In this document: positions 60,104-64,000 of the stretch, in pieces
Numbering within the stretch: position 1 is the stretch's first letter
Layout: each line of letters opens with the position of its first letter
Origin: Campylobacterota bacterium
GTDB lineage: Bacteria > Campylobacterota > Campylobacteria > Campylobacterales > Thiovulaceae
NCBI GenBank assembly: GCA_030152305.1
Contig: JASKOM010000006.1
Span: forward strand, 11,515 to 75,514
Reading direction: 5' to 3'
DNA: 64,000 nt
Notes under the pieces: generated by a model
The model's database searches: none
Told to the model about the DNA's origin: nothing
Seen by the model: the letters and a program-made list of their open reading frames with translations, nothing else
Program-made: the position numbers and the translations under genes

Positions 60104-63085
60104 TTATTTATATAACCAAATACCTGCATTTTTTGGAACTCGATTAAATACTTCAAAATGAGCATTAGCGATTTTTCGTCTAATTTCTGGATTCGAACTA
60201 TATCCTTTAAAAGTTCCATCTGAAAAAATCCAAACAACTTTAAACCCTTCAAAAATCGAAATATCATTTATTTCTGCAAGGGTGCCCAATAAAGACCAAC
60301 CTTTATCTAGACTATTTAACATTTGTTTGTTAACTCTAATGCCATATTTCGAAGGATCTTCTTGTATTTTTAATGTCAATTTTTGCATTTCACTTTGCAA
60401 TTCAGACATACTCATTAAATTAAATTCTTTCGGATTACTAATAACTTTTTCACGACCTTCGATATATGCATTATCAACATTTTTTTTGTGAGTTAAATTA
60501 TATTCATCAAGATGAGTTAAAATATGTTCTTGAATTTCAACAATAATTTCTTCATAATTTTTAAATGTTGTTAAATTAAATTCTTGTGGATTTTCCAGAA
60601 TATATTTTTTGGCATTTTCAATAGTTTCTTTTGAATTTGACTTATCGCTATTCATTTCTTCTAAATTATTTAATATATAATCTTTAACTTCATTAATTCC
60701 ATTATTAAATTGAATCATTCTAGACATATTATATTCGTTTGCTTCTGTTTCTTCTGTTTTGAGTTCTTCAAGTAATTTACTATAATTTTCGTTTAAATCT
60801 TTATAATCCCGAGTTATATTTTGATCTAAATCAGACCCGATAGCATCGCTATATTTTGTTGCTTTTTGATTTTCTGCAATATTTACAACACCTTTACTAA
60901 TACTTTCAAGATATGCTCTACTTTTTTTATCTTTTAATAATTCTCTAAATTCATCTTGAGAAAGTTCATAAAGATCAACTGGAAAAGTTTTTTCAGCAAT
61001 TTTGCCTTCTGTATCAACTATTTTTACTTTTATATCTTTTATTCCAGCTTCATGAAAACGATGAGTTGTTGCATTATTTTGCAATTCTTCGTAGCCGTTA
61101 TTTTCATCAAAATTTATAAAATATTTATCAACGGGATTTTTACCATTTCTAGTTACGATAATAAAATACATTTCTTTATAAATTTTATGATCCCCTTCGA
61201 TTATTAAATCACTGATGTCAGCATACAACGAATTTCTCAATTGATGTTCTTTCTGGCGATTTTCTATTGAATCAAAAGTTTCATCAGCTTCTTTCTTTTG
61301 ACGAATCAATGAACTTCCAACAGCTTGGTCATAAGCTTTTGAAACATTATAAATATCCATACAATTTTTATTCATATCTGGAGTCAATCCAACTTTTATT
61401 AATGCTGAATTATTTTCAAAAATTTTATTCATATCAGCTGATTTTGTTAAATTTGTTAAAGGTAAATTACCAGCTTTTTCTAATTTATAAAATTGATAAT
61501 TATAAATATTACTTAAATTAAGAAAATTATTTTCTAATTGAACATCACCAGTCATAAAAATTTCTTCAGAAACGATATCAGGACCAGTTTCATTTTTGAT
61601 TATATTATTTATAATTGCACCTTTGCCATAAAGAGACATTCCTTTGCCTCTATTATTTAAAAGTAATGAATTAAATAATTTTACATTGCCAAAAATTGCA
61701 CCACCTTGATTGGCTTGATTTTGCATAAATAACGATGAGGTAATATCTAATTTAGCTGTATGAATTCCATGAATTGCACCACCGCGATTGCTAATATTTT
61801 TGGCAAGATTTGAATTTGTTACTGTAACTGCTACACCGTCGATGGCACCGCCAACATTTGAAGAAGCATTTTCGCAAAGAGCTGTGTATCTAATTTTTAA
61901 ATCATAACCTTTAACTGCTCCACCACTAACAACTGCATAGTTTTTATATAAATATGAATTCGTTAATGATAATGATTTTGATAAAATCGCTCCACCTTTT
62001 TCACTTTTATTTTTTATAAAAGAACTACCAATAATTGAAGTCATAACAGTTTCTATTGCTCCACCAGTTTTCGAACTTGAATTTGCTGTGAAATTGCTAT
62101 CTTTTACAAGTCCGTCAATACTTTTAATTGCTCCGCCACTATAGATTGCTGAATTATTATTAAATATTGATTCTCTAATTTGAACTTTTTCTCCAAATAA
62201 ACCACCGCCATATTTTGCACTATTTTTATCAAATTTTGAACCAATAATATTAATATCACGACTATATAAACCACCGCCGTAGTTATCGGCACTGTTATTA
62301 ATGATACTTGAATCGATGATTTTTGCACTTTCTGTTTTTATGGCTCCGCCATCATATTTTGAACTATTATTAGAAATAATGCAATTTGTGATTTTAACTT
62401 TGCTTACTCCGTATAACATTCCGCCGTAGCTACTATTATTATATGAAAGATTAGAATCCTTAAGAAGGGCTGTTTTGATGCTATAAATACCACCGCCATG
62501 TCTTTGAGCTTTATTGTAAGAAATATTTGAAAGCTTAACGATTGTATTTCCGCTACTGAAAATAGCACCTCCAACCCCTCGTAAAGATTCATTTTTACTG
62601 ATTGTTGATTCGTTGATAAATGTTGAACCTAAATTATAAACTCCTGCACCGTCATATTGAGATTTATTGTATATAACGGCAATATTATTTAAATTTAATT
62701 CGCCTAGATTTTCAACTCTTAAACCACCACCATTAATTTTACTGTGTCCATTTTGAACAGTTACTCTAGACACTGTAATAGATATTTTATGTTGAGAATT
62801 TGATAGAAAAAGTGTTGAAGATAATCCGTTGCCATCGATTATAACTTCGTTTCGTTTTGCTCCAGTTTCACCTTGAATTATTAAATCAAAATTTTCATCT
62901 GATTGATAGGAGAAGATTTGTCTTGATGATGCGACATATCTTCCCCGTTTTAAAATAATTTTGTCATCTTCACTGTTATTCTCCGCACTTCTTAAAGCTA
63001 AATAAAACTCATCACTATTTGAGACAGTAAAATCTTTGCCTAATAATAATGACGAAGCAACGAGAGATAAAAGTATGTGTCGCAA
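60104..63085 (-). CDS. secreted beta-helix (Pmp-like GGAI repeat) protein with PKD-like domain and 65-aa C-terminal domain
   Basis: Signal peptide; many N-x-A-xx-GGAI/GGGL repeats; THRFHEAGIKDIKVKIVD; helical region; terminal GWSLLG...GIWLYK. Confidence 0.75.
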   Translation of the reverse strand: MRHILLSLVASSLLLGKDFTVSNSDEFYLALRSAENNSEDDKIILKRGRYVASSRQIFSYQSDENFDLIIQGETGAKRNEVIIDGNGLSSTLFLSNSQHKISITVSRVTVQNGHSKINGGGLRVENLGELNLNNIAVIYNKSQYDGAGVYNLGSTFINESTISKNESLRGVGGAIFSSGNTIVKLSNISYNKAQRHGGGIYSIKTALLKDSNLSYNNSSYGGMLYGVSKVKITNCIISNNSSKYDGGAIKTESAKIIDSSIINNSADNYGGGLYSRDINIIGSKFDKNSAKYGGGLFGEKVQIRESIFNNNSAIYSGGAIKSIDGLVKDSNFTANSSSKTGGAIETVMTSIIGSSFIKNKSEKGGAILSKSLSLTNSYLYKNYAVVSGGAVKGYDLKIRYTALCENASSNVGGAIDGVAVTVTNSNLAKNISNRGGAIHGIHTAKLDITSSLFMQNQANQGGAIFGNVKLFNSLLLNNRGKGMSLYGKGAIINNIIKNETGPDIVSEEIFMTGDVQLENNFLNLSNIYNYQFYKLEKAGNLPLTNLTKSADMNKIFENNSALIKVGLTPDMNKNCMDIYNVSKAYDQAVGSSLIRQKKEADETFDSIENRQKEHQLRNSLYADISDLIIEGDHKIYKEMYFIIVTRNGKNPVDKYFINFDENNGYEELQNNATTHRFHEAGIKDIKVKIVDTEGKIAEKTFPVDLYELSQDEFRELLKDKKSRAYLESISKGVVNIAENQKATKYSDAIGSDLDQNITRDYKDLNENYSKLLEELKTEETEANEYNMSRMIQFNNGINEVKDYILNNLEEMNSDKSNSKETIENAKKYILENPQEFNLTTFKNYEEIIVEIQEHILTHLDEYNLTHKKNVDNAYIEGREKVISNPKEFNLMSMSELQSEMQKLTLKIQEDPSKYGIRVNKQMLNSLDKGWSLLGTLAEINDISIFEGFKVVWIFSDGTFKGYSSNPEIRRKIANAHFEVFNRVPKNAGIWLYK

Positions 63086-63100
63086 GATGAGTCCTTTATT

Positions 63101-64000
63101 TTAAAAAATTACTGGTATTGAACCAGTTCCGCTTGAGCTATTTAAATTTGTAGTTGTTGGAGTTGTATATTGATCTTCCCAAGAACCTATTGTTCCGCCA
63201 TCAATTGTGTCAATATATCCAAAATTTCGTTTTTCACAAACAATAGTATTTTTATCTTCATCGTAATATTTAACATAATATCTTATACCTTGAAGATGTT
63301 TAGCAAAATATACAGTTGCGATTCTATCACCAGTATTTAAATTTCTTATATATTCTTTGCCATAATTATCATAACTATATTGTTGTCCATTTGTTGGATG
63401 GAAAATCATAACAGTTGAAAATTTGTTACCAATATCATAATCCATTTCGTGAGTTGATTTTAAATAAACAGCATTATCAGAACTATAAACTCCATCAGGC
63501 GATAAAGGAGTATTTGTATCCGTTGTTATTTCATAAGTTTTACTTAAATTTTCATTACATTCATATAAATCAACATAAAACTGTGTGTTTCTTTTTGCAG
63601 ATTCAATCGTAATATAAATACTTTCAACTGTTCCAGTTGTTCTATCTTTAACTTTTATTTGTATTTCTCGTTGATCTTCTTTCATTCCACGAGCTGAAAA
63701 TTTAAATGTAACTCCGTTTGCTGTATTTGTTGGAAAAATCTTAGAGCCATTAACAACAAGACTTATTTTGCCTTCTTCGTTAATAACTGATTGATTAACA
63801 ATTTCGAATTCAAGAGGATTACCTAATGTGTTATAAGCCGTAATTGAAATATTTTGTTCATCACCACCCATAACAAGCGAATAATTATCTCGAACTCCAG
63901 CTAATTTTATTTGATTAATAACTTCAACATTTACATAAACACTGTCTGTAAAACCGTTTTCATTTTCAACATATAATTTAAATTCATCTTTACCAGTTGC
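63101..64000 (-). CDS. Ig/cadherin-like secreted protein (3' part; frame is open to the window end)
   Basis: Frame stays open upstream of ATG 63871 (ATGKDEFKLYVENENGFTDSVYVNVEV...); beta-sandwich-like strands. Confidence 0.55.
   Translation of the reverse strand, partial: ATGKDEFKLYVENENGFTDSVYVNVEVINQIKLAGVRDNYSLVMGGDEQNISITAYNTLGNPLEFEIVNQSVINEEGKISLVVNGSKIFPTNTANGVTFKFSARGMKEDQREIQIKVKDRTTGTVESIYITIESAKRNTQFYVDLYECNENLSKTYEITTDTNTPLSPDGVYSSDNAVYLKSTHEMDYDIGNKFSTVMIFHPTNGQQYSYDNYGKEYIRNLNTGDRIATVYFAKHLQGIRYYVKYYDEDKNTIVCEKRNFGYIDTIDGGTIGSWEDQYTTPTTTNLNSSSGTGSIPVIF

Larger units (their letters stand above)
93..61741. repeat. dispersed 8-mer GATGAGGT/ACCTCATC, at least 41 exact copies (candidate DNA-uptake-like signal)
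   Basis: GATGAGGT at 93, 2383, 3295, 7234, 9966, 12890, 14221, 19340, 21331, 28086, 30759, 35175, 36030, 37545, 41679, 42441, 46284, 46641, 51117, 52511, 55279, 56306, 61734. ACCTCATC at 2361, 3830, 5980, 8435, 12255, 14835, 17523, 22589, 27552, 28255, 32028, 34081, 36496, 38389, 43322, 46006, 52626, 55716. Manual count; confidence refers to over-representation, not function. Confidence 0.9.

Noticed and set aside
93-61741. GATGAGGT as a Chi/KOPS site or a Shine-Dalgarno sequence
   Set aside because: The 23:18 orientation split within one 64-kb window argues against a replichore-polarised motif, and the copies are not positioned just upstream of start codons. Not fully excluded without the whole genome.
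1056-63612. Short ORFs in the track that are antisense to or overlap confident genes (e.g. 1056-1289, 2435-2743, 25003-25308, 31527-31877, 48511-48786, 56780-57016)
   Set aside because: They are shadow frames of well-supported genes or of the tRNA, with no recognisable motifs.

Overview
AT-rich (roughly 28% GC by eye) chromosomal window from a Campylobacterota (epsilonproteobacterial) bacterium; a Thiovulum-like sulfur oxidiser is possible but that is inference. It is mostly housekeeping: por operon, efp, purC/S/Q, fabH-plsX-rpmF, ndk, lpxA-fabZ, hcp, queF, argD, acnB, ftsI, ribF, infB-rbfA-rimP, rsmH, pheS, ftsY, flgA, tRNA-Leu(CAA) and HU. It also has competence genes (comEC and a ComEA-like HhH protein), c-di-GMP signalling genes and several large secreted proteins. 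No transposase, integrase, prophage, CRISPR array or rRNA was seen. The strongest unexplained signal is the non-palindromic 8-mer GATGAGGT/ACCTCATC. I counted at least 41 exact copies by eye (23 forward, 18 reverse), against fewer than about 1 expected. It is used in four reading frames and forms inverted-pair hairpins between convergent genes, which is how a DNA uptake sequence behaves. Other notable items: an ungapped 65-aa C-terminal domain shared by two unrelated secreted proteins, an in-frame PurC-PurS fusion, seven 99-bp tandem repeats inside infB, and a candidate sRNA/uORF upstream of ftsI.
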